Assembly: GCA_031414595.1 (NCBI GenBank)
Contig: JANNVX010000049.1
Coordinates: 1 to 36,960 of the forward strand
DNA from: Deinococcales bacterium
Lineage (GTDB): Bacteria; Deinococcota; Deinococci; Deinococcales; JAAFIG01
DNA: 36,960 nt
Direction of reading: 5' to 3'
Below are positions 25,621-35,276 of this stretch, in pieces. Position 1 is the stretch's first letter. Every line of letters begins with the position of its first letter. The notes beneath the pieces were generated by a model. It made no database searches, was not told the DNA's origin, and was given only the letters and a program-made list of their open reading frames with translations. The position numbers were made by a program, and so were the translations under genes.

Positions 25621-26715
25621 TTAGTTACTGGGTCGCTCGAGTTGCGCCAGAACTGCGCCTGTACTGTTGTTGACCGCCACGACCCGTTCAAATTTTGCTC
25701 CACCAGTTTGTAGCACACTGACAAATGGGCTGGTGATGGCTTGGGTCACAAGTCTTCCGGGCGCTGGTTCACTTAAGTTTAGGCGCAGTGTCAGTACCCC
25801 ACGATCAATTCGGGCATTGCTAATGGCTACGCCGTAACCACCAGTTGGGCGTTGACCCATAAAGAAACTAATCGCGCTGCTGCGGTTAAACTCAAGACTT
25901 GGGGCGGCTGGCAAGGGGATTTGATTGCCGTTCATGATTTTCCATGTGTTGGCAAAACTTGAATTGCTGGTGTCCCATCGTAAAAGTGCGTTTGGGCTGT
26001 TATAAGCCGCGTTGCTGCCACTATTTAAGGCGCGTAGGGCTAATGGTTCGGTGTTGGTAAAACCACCAAGTAAGTCTATTGGTAAACCGACTTGAACGTA
26101 TAAAGCCGTTAAGTTGACCGCATCGGGGCGAGGTGTGAGGTTCAGGTACGAATCGGGGATGTTTGGGTACTCGAGCAGGGCGATAGCTAAGGGTTGCTTA
26201 TATTTTTCTTGCAAGTACCCTTGAAGCGCGTCAGCTTCGGCGAAGCTGAGATTGCCCACCCCTCGCAGATTGGCGTTGCGTTCGCGTAACTCGAGACGCA
26301 ACTTAGAATCACGGGTTAGGTCGTCGCGGCTGCCGACATCGAACCATTTTTTACCGTCAAAGTAATACAGGGCTTGGACGGCATCTCTGGTTAAAACACT
26401 CAAGTCAGAAGTCAGCGGGATGGTTGCCACCGAAATGATTTCACGAATTGGTTTAGGACGGCTTGCAAGCGTCGCAGCCCCATTGACACTCGAGGCGGTC
26501 GGTATGGCTAATGCCCCGATTGGGCTAGTGCCACCAAGCGTGACGGTGTTGTTCTCGAGTTGTAGCGCCCGTGTTTGCCCAGCCTCGAGTTTGCTGTAAA
26601 AAATTGTGTGGCGTTCCTGAATTCCGTACAGCACAATATCCGAAATACTATAGCCAGATGGTTGCCAAGCACAGGCACTGAGCGCCAAAAGCAAAATTCC
26701 AAGAAAAATACGCAT
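25621..26715 (-). CDS. Lipoprotein with a C-terminal PrcB-like domain
   Basis: LALSA-C lipobox; FMGQRPTGGYGVAI...VTQAITSPF motif; TACGAT-6nt-ATG. Confidence 0.8.
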   Translation of the reverse strand: MRIFLGILLLALSACAWQPSGYSISDIVLYGIQERHTIFYSKLEAGQTRALQLENNTVTLGGTSPIGALAIPTASSVNGAATLASRPKPIREIISVATIPLTSDLSVLTRDAVQALYYFDGKKWFDVGSRDDLTRDSKLRLELRERNANLRGVGNLSFAEADALQGYLQEKYKQPLAIALLEYPNIPDSYLNLTPRPDAVNLTALYVQVGLPIDLLGGFTNTEPLALRALNSGSNAAYNSPNALLRWDTSNSSFANTWKIMNGNQIPLPAAPSLEFNRSSAISFFMGQRPTGGYGVAISNARIDRGVLTLRLNLSEPAPGRLVTQAITSPFVSVLQTGGAKFERVVAVNNSTGAVLAQLERPSN

Positions 26716-26802
26716 AAAGCTATCGTAAGGCTTGATTGACTAGGAAAGGTGAAATCATCTTCAAGACTGTATTTATCTTTCAGGGGGCAGTAGAATTCTT
26801 TG

Positions 26803-27171
26803 ATGATTTACACCCACAATATCCGCGTGCGTTATGGCGAACTCGACCCACAAGGCGTGGTTTTTAATGCTAATTATCTTGCGTACTGCGATGATGCAAT
26901 GGATAGATGGTTGCACAGCACAATTCTTGGGGAATTAGAAGAACTTAGTTTAGATGTGATGCTTAAAAAAGTGATTCTCGAGTGGGATGCTCCGGCGCGG
27001 CTTGGTGACGAATTGCAACTAGAAGTTCAGGTTTTAAGATGGGGCAATACGTCTTTTGATGTGCAATTTCAAACAGTGGGGATTTTTAAGGCGTTGATTA
27101 CTTATGTCTGTGTCAGGCATTTAACCACCACGCCGATGCGTTTTCCAGATGAATTGCGTGGGCGATTATAG
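26803..27171 (+). CDS. Acyl-CoA thioesterase (4HBT/YbgC hot-dog fold)
   Basis: VRYGELDPQGVVFNANYLAYCD; WGNTSF; TAGAAT-6nt-ATG. Confidence 0.9.
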   Translation: MIYTHNIRVRYGELDPQGVVFNANYLAYCDDAMDRWLHSTILGELEELSLDVMLKKVILEWDAPARLGDELQLEVQVLRWGNTSFDVQFQTVGIFKALITYVCVRHLTTTPMRFPDELRGRL

Positions 27172-27203
27172 CAAGTTTTAAGGATTTGTGCCACAATGAA
27201 ACA

Positions 27204-27521
27204 ATGAAATCTCGAGTAAAAACTATCGGGGCTGGCGGACAAATTTATTTAGGCAAAGAATTTGCAGGTCAACATGTGTTGGTCACACAAACCGAAACTG
27301 GTGTTTGGCAAATTAAAACGGCTGATGTGATTCCACACAATGAGCGTTTTTGGCATCAACCTGAAGTCGAAAAACGAATGGAAGCGGCGCTGGCTGAATC
27401 TGCTGGGCGAACTGCTCGAGCCACCACAGATGAAGAAATGGAAGAACTCTTTGCTCGAGCCTTAAAAAATGCAGAAGAACGCCAAGACATTTTTACTGAC
27501 CACGATTCTGCTTATGCTTAA
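27204..27521 (+). CDS. AbrB/MazE-like antitoxin-type protein with no adjacent toxin
   Basis: VKTIGAGGQIYLGKEF AbrB-like N-terminus; VIPHNERFWHQPE; acidic C-terminus. Confidence 0.6.
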   Translation: MKSRVKTIGAGGQIYLGKEFAGQHVLVTQTETGVWQIKTADVIPHNERFWHQPEVEKRMEAALAESAGRTARATTDEEMEELFARALKNAEERQDIFTDHDSAYA

Positions 27522-27598
27522 GAAAGCCCGCAAACATCTCAAGCATTGGCACTGGTGATGCCAAGAAGTTAGGGCAAACCAAGTTTGCTTTGCGCCAT

Positions 27599-27637
27599 AA
27601 AAAAGCCCCTCGAGCCAATGACTCGAGGGGGTTCTTT
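27599..27637. terminator. Terminator between convergent genes, built on two CTCGAG sites
   Basis: AAAAAG-CCCCTCGAG-CCAATGA-CTCGAGGGG-GTTCTTT. Confidence 0.75.
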
Positions 27638-27647
27638 GGTGAAGATT

Positions 27648-30332
27648 TTAGATTGGACGAGCAATTTCAAAGGTGGGCGAGGTGAATACTTCCCAGTGGG
27701 CTGGGTTATTTTCGTCGCCTAGGGCTTTTAAGCCACGCAGTTTAAGGCGGTAAATTCCATTTGGCAAGACTGTATTACCAGTCCCTTTTTCGGCAAAGAC
27801 TTTACCATCGGTCAGTGGAATAACGGTATACGAGAATTGATGTGAAGAACGTCCGAGGTAATCAGCCGTAACCACTTTATTGATTGCGGGGTCAACCAAA
27901 CTACCATCGGCTCTGACCACCTCGATAATCACACGACGCATCGGGCGGTAACGGGTAAAAGCAAGAGCTGGAGTCGTGGCTGTGCTGCTCATGTTAAAGG
28001 CTGCACCATCTCCAGTGTAAATATTCGTTAAACTTGCTTCGGTTAGGAAGATACCGGGGGTGCTGGCATTGGTACAAGCTGTTGGCGCAACACCCGATTC
28101 AAATTGTCTAGCACAAATCGGAATGGCTTTAACAAATTGGTAATCGCCTTTGTAACCGGAGTACGGCACACGAAGCGGCAAACCAACATTGGGGGTCAAG
28201 ACCACATAACCACCAAAGTAACCATGCAAAGGCAAAGTGGCTGGGGCAGTGATGGTCACATCAAAAGTAGCGCTGGTGTTTGCGGCAACCACCAGACTCG
28301 AGGTACTCAGAACGGCGGTTGGAACAGCAGCATTGGCTGGTACAGTAATTACAGCTGGGGCTGGACCGCTAGGCAAGGCATCACTGACAATGCTCGAAGC
28401 CCCTGCATGGGTAACAGCGTAAGTAATCGGGCTGCTGCTGCTGTTTTTAACCGTTAAGGTCACGGTTTTGCTACCAGATTCGATTTCACCAAGCGGTAAA
28501 CGCGAAGGGCTGACACTTTGTTTGGTGGATAAAGCGTTCAGCACTTGAATTAACCCAGAACCTTGGCGTTGCACATGTTCTAAACCAATCGGAGTCCGTG
28601 AATTAAACGGTACAGAGGTGTTTTGTAAAATAGCACGGATGGCTCGAGGGTTGCCTTTTAATTCTGGGCGAGCCTGCATCAGTAGTGCTACTGCTCCAGC
28701 CACATGTGGCGAAGCCATGCTTGTACCACTTAAGGTGGCGTAACCACCAAGCTCGAGTGGGTAGGTCGAGTAGATGCTACCGCCCGGTGCGGACACATCT
28801 GGTTTAAGGTTTAGGTCGTCCATCGGACCATAAGAACTGCTGGTGTCTATAAAACCACCGGCTGGGTTTGCGACTGTGGTCTTTAAGGCTGTCCAAGTTA
28901 AAGTGGTTGGACTGGCATTGTTAATCACGGTATCTAGGGCAAGACCATCGGCTTGGAGCATGGTCACGGATGGAATCGTTGTGGCTGGTAAACCAGTCGG
29001 AGGAGCAACTGTTGAACTGATAAACCCAGCTTGATTGTTGTAAATCACAACGCCGACTGCACCGCCAACTTCAGCATTTTTAACTTTTTCGTAAAAAGAA
29101 CAAACACCACGTTGAATCAGCACAATTTTACCAGCCAAAGAACCCGCCGCAATTGGTCGGGGGGTTACGCCAGGACCCGGTGTAGTGCAGGCTTGGGCTT
29201 CTGGTGTGACTGGATTACCCAAACGCACAATCGAAAATGCACCTGTCAATGGCACTGTCGGACTGGCAGCCATTCCACCGTAGCCAAATGCTGTGGTGGT
29301 AAAGCCTGTTCTCGAGATGCTAAAAGAACTTTGGAAAACCCCAACATTCTCGACGTTTGCCACAGAAATTGCCGATTCCGCGGAACCCGGCGAACCGTGA
29401 GCGTACAAACCAACCGCACCAGAGTTACCCGCCGACATCACCACGGTAATACCCGCTAAGGACAAACGATCCACGGCAATTGCACTAGGTCCTGAGCTTG
29501 TACCAAAGTTGCTGCCCAGACTTAGATTCACAATGTCCACGCCGTCAGCTACGGCGCGTTCCATTGCCGCAATTGGAATATCAGAAGCGGTTGAACCAGC
29601 ACAACCAAAGACCTTATAGGCATATAAAGACACATTTGGAGCAACCCCTTGGAAGGGTGTAACGGTGTCGTTTGCCCCCGCAATCCCAGCCACATGCGAA
29701 CCGTGTCCGCCGCAGTCATCAGGGTCGTTGTCCGGTACGGGAACACTACCAACAGTATTGGCATTGTACGCATCGCCCACAAAGTCCGTACCACCAGCAA
29801 CCCGACCCGCAAAAGCCGTGTGCTGCAAGTCAATGCCTGTGTCAATAATGCCAAGTTTAATCCCCGTACCATTGACGCTATAGACATTACGAGCCATAAT
29901 CGCTTGAATCTGACCAGTGCTGGTAACTAAATCTGGGGTATCACCCGTTTTGACTTCTGGCATCGGGATATTTAAGACTGGATCAACCGAAGTTACCCCA
30001 GCCACAAAACGTAATTGTTGTGCTTCGGCAGCCGAAGCCTTGACCACATACCCCGACCAGAGCCTCGAGAATTGATTCTGGACTTGGAATTTAATTCCAG
30101 AAGCCCGCATGGCACTTAAGACTTTGGCTTGTTGGGCTTGGACACTTTGCAGACTTAAACCCTGCACGGCGACTTGCCCTTCGACCCCAATAAACCAACG
30201 GGTGGCATTTTGTTCGGCTGCGACTTCGAGACCTGTTGTGGTTTGTTTAATCGCTTGGGGGGTGCTGTACAAATTACAACCCACCAAAACACCAGCACTA
30301 AGCACCGCTAAAAGAGAAAAGGTTTTACGCAT
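27648..30332 (-). CDS. S8 subtilisin-like lipoprotein protease with PA and Fn3-like domains (Vpr/C5a-peptidase type)
   Basis: Catalytic triad IIDTGID, HGSHVAG, GTSMASPHVAG; PA domain LIQRGVCSFYEK; LVG-C lipobox. Confidence 0.95.
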   Translation of the reverse strand: MRKTFSLLAVLSAGVLVGCNLYSTPQAIKQTTTGLEVAAEQNATRWFIGVEGQVAVQGLSLQSVQAQQAKVLSAMRASGIKFQVQNQFSRLWSGYVVKASAAEAQQLRFVAGVTSVDPVLNIPMPEVKTGDTPDLVTSTGQIQAIMARNVYSVNGTGIKLGIIDTGIDLQHTAFAGRVAGGTDFVGDAYNANTVGSVPVPDNDPDDCGGHGSHVAGIAGANDTVTPFQGVAPNVSLYAYKVFGCAGSTASDIPIAAMERAVADGVDIVNLSLGSNFGTSSGPSAIAVDRLSLAGITVVMSAGNSGAVGLYAHGSPGSAESAISVANVENVGVFQSSFSISRTGFTTTAFGYGGMAASPTVPLTGAFSIVRLGNPVTPEAQACTTPGPGVTPRPIAAGSLAGKIVLIQRGVCSFYEKVKNAEVGGAVGVVIYNNQAGFISSTVAPPTGLPATTIPSVTMLQADGLALDTVINNASPTTLTWTALKTTVANPAGGFIDTSSSYGPMDDLNLKPDVSAPGGSIYSTYPLELGGYATLSGTSMASPHVAGAVALLMQARPELKGNPRAIRAILQNTSVPFNSRTPIGLEHVQRQGSGLIQVLNALSTKQSVSPSRLPLGEIESGSKTVTLTVKNSSSSPITYAVTHAGASSIVSDALPSGPAPAVITVPANAAVPTAVLSTSSLVVAANTSATFDVTITAPATLPLHGYFGGYVVLTPNVGLPLRVPYSGYKGDYQFVKAIPICARQFESGVAPTACTNASTPGIFLTEASLTNIYTGDGAAFNMSSTATTPALAFTRYRPMRRVIIEVVRADGSLVDPAINKVVTADYLGRSSHQFSYTVIPLTDGKVFAEKGTGNTVLPNGIYRLKLRGLKALGDENNPAHWEVFTSPTFEIARPI

Positions 30333-30333
30333 T

Positions 30334-31620
30334 TTAATCACCCACCTGTACCGTCACGCGGTATTGTTTGCCTAGACCTTGGGCAGCCGGAGTCACACCA
30401 TTGGTGTAAGAACTGACCGCGATGTAATGCAGACCACTGTCATTGACTCGCCAATTCACCGCCGAATCGGAATTGTTGTAGTCTCCGGAAGCATCGTTAA
30501 AAGCAACTTGTACGCCAGCCGCGTTAAAAATTCGCACCACGGTATCTGTGCCTGTACTCGAGTAAGTACGCACTTTTAAGACTTGGGCAAAAGTCAGATT
30601 GACGGCGTAGTAATCCACATCTGGGTCGGTTGAACCAAAAGCCATAGAATCAAGCGTGGCACTGACGGTTGCGCCTGGTTGGGTGCGAATCGGCATGGCA
30701 TCTAGCAAGACAGCCGTGGCGCTGGTGTTGTTACGGGCAGCCGTGCTTTCCCAGACTTCTTCGATTAAATTAGAAGTGGTGTTGTTATTTGCAGCATCAT
30801 AGGCTTTGGCGGTGTAGCTTGGGAAAAGATTTCCAGCCGCCATTAAACTTAAAGCAAAACTGTAGGGTGCGGTTGTGTCTGTAGCTAACAAGGTTGTGCC
30901 ACTGTAAAACTCGACTTTGGTTACGCCAACGTCGTCAGTTGCAGTCGCAGCCAAAGCCACACCAGCTACGTTACCAACAGCCGTTAAAGCCACTGTAGGC
31001 ATGGTGGTATCGGCAATAGCCACAGTAATCGGCACAAGGCTCGAGGTGGCGGTGTTGCCAGTCGCGTCAAAGGATTTGGCGCTGTAATTGTACAAGCCAT
31101 TTTGTGCCGCTTGGGTAAAAGACACACTTTGGGTAAATGGGGCGCTTGAGTCTGTACCAATCAGGTTCGCGCCTTGGTAAAATTCGACCTTAGCCAGTCC
31201 AGCGCTTGCGTCTTCTGGGGCTGCCGTCAAGGTGATTGGTGTAGTGTTGCTAATGTTTGGGCTGCTTGAAGTCAGACTAATTTTTGGGGCAATATTAACC
31301 ATAAAGGCTTGCGACTGGGCATAAGTAAAGCCGCCACTTGAATTGGTGGCAAAACCACTGATGGTGTTGTTGCCGTTGTTGGCACGATTAACGGTGGCTG
31401 CCCAAGTGTAGGGCGGACTGGTCTTTTTACCGAGCGAAGTTCCATTGAGCAGCACTTCAATGGCATTGGTATTGCCTGAAGGAACAGCTTCAATCGTGAG
31501 TGACGTACCTGTGATTGTCCCTGGATTGTTGATGCTGACTTGTGGGGCAGCGGTCAGCAGATTACAACCTGCTAAAACACCAGCACCTAATAAGCCAAAA
31601 ATAAAACGGTATTGCTTCAT
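30334..31620 (-). CDS. Lipoprotein with three bacterial Ig-like domains and a C-terminal PPC-like domain
   Basis: LAG-C lipobox; KVEFY..TD..APY/F repeats; DVDYY...TDTV...NDA...DS motif; GGAGG RBS. Confidence 0.85.
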   Translation of the reverse strand: MKQYRFIFGLLGAGVLAGCNLLTAAPQVSINNPGTITGTSLTIEAVPSGNTNAIEVLLNGTSLGKKTSPPYTWAATVNRANNGNNTISGFATNSSGGFTYAQSQAFMVNIAPKISLTSSSPNISNTTPITLTAAPEDASAGLAKVEFYQGANLIGTDSSAPFTQSVSFTQAAQNGLYNYSAKSFDATGNTATSSLVPITVAIADTTMPTVALTAVGNVAGVALAATATDDVGVTKVEFYSGTTLLATDTTAPYSFALSLMAAGNLFPSYTAKAYDAANNNTTSNLIEEVWESTAARNNTSATAVLLDAMPIRTQPGATVSATLDSMAFGSTDPDVDYYAVNLTFAQVLKVRTYSSTGTDTVVRIFNAAGVQVAFNDASGDYNNSDSAVNWRVNDSGLHYIAVSSYTNGVTPAAQGLGKQYRVTVQVGD

Positions 31621-31805
31621 GCCTCCTCCAAAATACTAAAAAGACCAAAATTCTCGAGCAACTTGCCCGACAATGTTTGCACTATCGAACGTGCAATAAA
31701 TTGGTTATAGCGAATTTAACCATTTACTGGACTTTTAGACAAGACAGAAAAATTAACTCGAGTCCAAATGCCAAGGACTGGTCAAAAACAAGCGTACAAA
31801 TTGGT

Positions 31806-32275
31806 TTGGAAAGGGTGTAAGCCGGGTTCTGTCCTATGCGCTTTCACGCACGTCACGGTCATCTGTCTCGAGTACGTGTCGCCACGCACCTCTAGCGGCT
31901 GTCTTCGCAACTCTTAAGACACGGGTCATGTCTCGAGTTTCCTCTTGGCTGCATTCGAGCCTTGCATCAGATGGGGTTTGCCGAGCCGCGATTTTCTCAA
32001 ACCGCGCTGGTGGTCTCTTACACCACCGTTTCAACCTTACCTGCCCTCTTCCGGCGCTTCGCGCCACCTTCTCCCAGAAGGAGAAGGAAAAAAGGCAGGC
32101 GGTTTATTTTCTGTTGCACTTTCCGTCAGCTTCACGCCTGCAAAACAATCGTGTCATTGCCTTGTGGTTCATTGGCTGCCCAGCCGTTAGCTGGCATCTT
32201 GCCCTGCGATGCCCGGACTTTCCTCACACTTCCCTCGATTGCTCGAGGTTCATGCGCGACCGCGCCCCTTTCCAA
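31806..32275 (-). ncRNA. rnpB: RNase P RNA (type A), about 470 nt
   Basis: GAGGAAAGTCCGGGC, GGAAAGTGCAACAGAAA, GGTGTAAGAG, GGCAAACCCC and ACAGAACCCGGCTTA on the minus strand; P1 TTGGAAAGGG/CCCTTTCCAA. Confidence 0.97.
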
Positions 32276-32544
32276 GTGCAGAGTGTATCCGACTTGAGCC
32301 GTGAATGTCCAGTTCAAGTATGCAAACCAAAACACCTAAGCCATAAATCTCGAGCAAATTGCCAATGCCACAAGTTCCAAAGGCGAAGCCGTATATTTTG
32401 CCGACGGTCGGATGAAGAGTAATCGGCAAACCACCAACCAAGCCATGACACAAATTCAGAAAATGACTTTGGACAAGCAAATCCTAACCTTAACCGTGAG
32501 TGCCAAAGTAAAAACAGTTGTCAATACAGAAATCCTGCCCTAAC

Positions 32545-33414
32545 TTAGCGCAAACTCAAATCCTGTGTTTGGAGTGTCTGCCAACATGCCCCAAGCGAAT
32601 GCTGAAACTCGAGCAGCGCCATGGCTGCGGGGCTAGTGTCATCTATTTCGGCATGAATTTGGGTTGCTCCAAAGGTTTGTGCGCTTAAAAAAAGTTCATT
32701 GTGCAATATGGTCACGATTTTTTTAGCTTCGCTTAGATACGCCACATTTAAGCCCAAACAAGCCAAATCCAAGACATGCTTGAGTCCGTCAATACTGGGT
32801 GCAAGTGCAGCCACGGCGATGGGTTCACCCTGCTGTGTTAAAACACGCAAAGTCTCGGGCAGATGGTCACGCAGAACTGTTTTAACCCAAACTTCAGGTG
32901 GGAATTCGGCAGGTGGGTTGATTTGATGGGTTATCAAGTAATAATTTTTAATTAACGTACCCAGCACCTCGAGTTTAGAATTTTTCTGCCAAGCAAAACC
33001 AAATGGTAAAGTCGGGTTTATCTCCTCTGGAATCTCCAAATAAGCCATCCAAGTGCGGCGTAACAGCTTGAAGCCGTGTTTCTCGAGAAACAACTGGGCT
33101 TCGTCTCGGTTTTCATGCACCATGCAGCGCCAATGCCTGTCTGGAATAAACTTGGTGATTTCCTGCCAAAGCGCTGTGCCAATGCCAGAGCGCCTGAATT
33201 CTGGCAGCACCGCAATCTCGAGGGTGGATAAGTGCGGATGGAATTTGCGTTCAAAACGCATTGCAAAACCCACGGCTTGACCATCCGACCAAGCAATTAG
33301 GGCATCATCGTGTTCAAAGTCAAGGTCGTCGTCGGGTTGGTCAAAAATAGCTCGAGCGATGCTTTGGATTTTGGTTTCTTCAAGTGGGGAGGGGTAACGA
33401 ATCTCGAGAGGCAT
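32545..33414 (-). CDS. GNAT family N-acetyltransferase (tandem domain)
   Basis: VLPEFRRSGIGTAL acetyl-CoA motif A; FLEKHGF. Confidence 0.88.
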   Translation of the reverse strand: MPLEIRYPSPLEETKIQSIARAIFDQPDDDLDFEHDDALIAWSDGQAVGFAMRFERKFHPHLSTLEIAVLPEFRRSGIGTALWQEITKFIPDRHWRCMVHENRDEAQLFLEKHGFKLLRRTWMAYLEIPEEINPTLPFGFAWQKNSKLEVLGTLIKNYYLITHQINPPAEFPPEVWVKTVLRDHLPETLRVLTQQGEPIAVAALAPSIDGLKHVLDLACLGLNVAYLSEAKKIVTILHNELFLSAQTFGATQIHAEIDDTSPAAMALLEFQHSLGACWQTLQTQDLSLR

Positions 33415-33476
33415 AGGTTTCCTTATTACTCAAAAAATCCGTAGAACTTCAGGCTGCCATTATTGATTGTTGAGAC

Positions 33477-35276
33477 CTACCAAGATTTCATCTTGAAAAG
33501 TCGTCCTTGCTCATTTTCGTCGTGCAGTGTCAGCACAATTTCAGATGAATCGAAAACGGGGCTTGAGATTTCTCTTGGTGGTAAATCGGTATCAATTGTA
33601 GTAATGATTGATTGAATTCCATAGCCAACATATGTGTGCAAAACCGACAGCAAATTTTCTTTTTTACGATCATCCAGTGATTCAAATACACCATCATGAT
33701 AAACAAAACGAGGGAAACGCACATTTGTATTTGCTCGTAGAATAGCCAAATCAAAAGCAATACATAACAACTTACGGTATGAATTGCCAAGGTCAGCACT
33801 TGTCGTATTTCCGGAGTCGTCAAGAATTTCGGCTTTGAATTCCAAGTGTCCTTCACTGTTAGGAGAAACACTAAGAAGTGCTTTTCGGTCAATTACTTCT
33901 TCGATAATTTCGCTAAAATACAAACGTATTGAAGAAAAAAAGCTTCCAGTATCACCATTTTGCTTTTCTACGTCATTTTCTATTTGTACTTGAAGGCTAT
34001 TTTTTTCTTCAGTTAATTTGCGAATTTCTGATCGCAAATCTTGTAAACGATGAAAAAAATCCCGTTTCAGACTTAATGAGATAATTTCAGCTTTCGTAGT
34101 TACCAAATCGTCTGATACTTGTTTATATTTTTCAAAAATATCTGTACTACTTAAAAATGAAAGGGCTTCCGAGCGTCGTTTACCAAATGTGTTTAAGTCG
34201 GCATTTACAGATTGCAACTCTGTTTCAATGTCATTATATTCAGACTGTAGGTATACTCGTCTTTCTTGTGTTATTGCTTGATTAAAAGCGATAAGCTGCT
34301 CAAAATCCTTTTTGATTTGACCACTAAATAAAACCCCAGCTTCTTGAAATAAACGCTGTGCTTCATCTGTCTTAAATAAAATTAGACCATCTTGTAATGA
34401 AGATAGGATTTTCTTACGATTTTGATTTAACGAATAACGTCGGCTGTTCAAAGTGGCAATCTCAAAATCCACTTCATCAATTAACAATTTGGTTTTCTCT
34501 AAGTCCTCAACACGAAAATCAAACTCGTCGAGCAGTTTTTTCTTTTTCTTAGCATCCTCTTTTTTTAGCAGTAATATACCATCTATTTTACTAATATCTT
34601 CAATTTTTCCCCCACCCAGTTCACTTTTAATCGTATTTTCTTGGTTTACTTTAGTTTTGATTTCTTCTTCTTTTTCATAGTGTGACTTGATAATTTGAGC
34701 ATTAAAACCAAGGATATGTGCCATAAAAGGTTTCCAATCTAAATGTTTACCCGCAGCAAACTTACCCAATTGGAATACATCTCGAAAATCGTTTTGAGTG
34801 CGTATTTGATAACCCAAACCCTTACGATAATCCCAAGGCTCTAAACCATGCCAAGCTAGAAGGGTGTCTAGTAATTTCCTTGCACGTTCAAATGGCATTT
34901 CCCAATGATCCCAAGCTGATTGTTCAAACCTAGAAAAATCTTCGTGTCTAGTTTTATGTTTTTTAATACTGATTTTACTTTTATTTTCAACACTACGCCT
35001 AACAGTTACATAAGTGGTATCTGTCAACTCAATTTCTAGGAAGAAAATAAAATTCTTAAATAGGTCATAGTGTTTTAGTAAAAAGAACTTTTGGTCTGAC
35101 CTAGCGAGAAATCCAAAATCTAAAAGACGACCCAATGTAGTTTTACCCAGATTGTGTGTGTCTTTTTTGCGATTTTCCGGAAGGCGAATTTCAGCCAAAA
35201 TAACATTAAGACCCTGAGTAAAATTTACAGGCTCAAATATAGTTGGTTGGTTTGAATACAACTTAGAAATTTTCAT
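33477..35276 (-). CDS. SMC-like ABC ATPase (DUF2326-type) of an ABC-3C/Lamassu system (LmuB-like)
   Basis: Walker A HNLGKTT, central coiled coil, SADLGNSYRK, Walker B FVYHDGVFESLDDRKK, QSIIT. Confidence 0.85.
   Translation of the reverse strand: MKISKLYSNQPTIFEPVNFTQGLNVILAEIRLPENRKKDTHNLGKTTLGRLLDFGFLARSDQKFFLLKHYDLFKNFIFFLEIELTDTTYVTVRRSVENKSKISIKKHKTRHEDFSRFEQSAWDHWEMPFERARKLLDTLLAWHGLEPWDYRKGLGYQIRTQNDFRDVFQLGKFAAGKHLDWKPFMAHILGFNAQIIKSHYEKEEEIKTKVNQENTIKSELGGGKIEDISKIDGILLLKKEDAKKKKKLLDEFDFRVEDLEKTKLLIDEVDFEIATLNSRRYSLNQNRKKILSSLQDGLILFKTDEAQRLFQEAGVLFSGQIKKDFEQLIAFNQAITQERRVYLQSEYNDIETELQSVNADLNTFGKRRSEALSFLSSTDIFEKYKQVSDDLVTTKAEIISLSLKRDFFHRLQDLRSEIRKLTEEKNSLQVQIENDVEKQNGDTGSFFSSIRLYFSEIIEEVIDRKALLSVSPNSEGHLEFKAEILDDSGNTTSADLGNSYRKLLCIAFDLAILRANTNVRFPRFVYHDGVFESLDDRKKENLLSVLHTYVGYGIQSIITTIDTDLPPREISSPVFDSSEIVLTLHDENEQGRLFKMKSW

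Noticed and set aside
31834-32480. Short ORFs at 31834, 31928, 31945, 31962, 32132 and 32250
   Set aside because: They overlap rnpB or its promoter and show no protein motifs.
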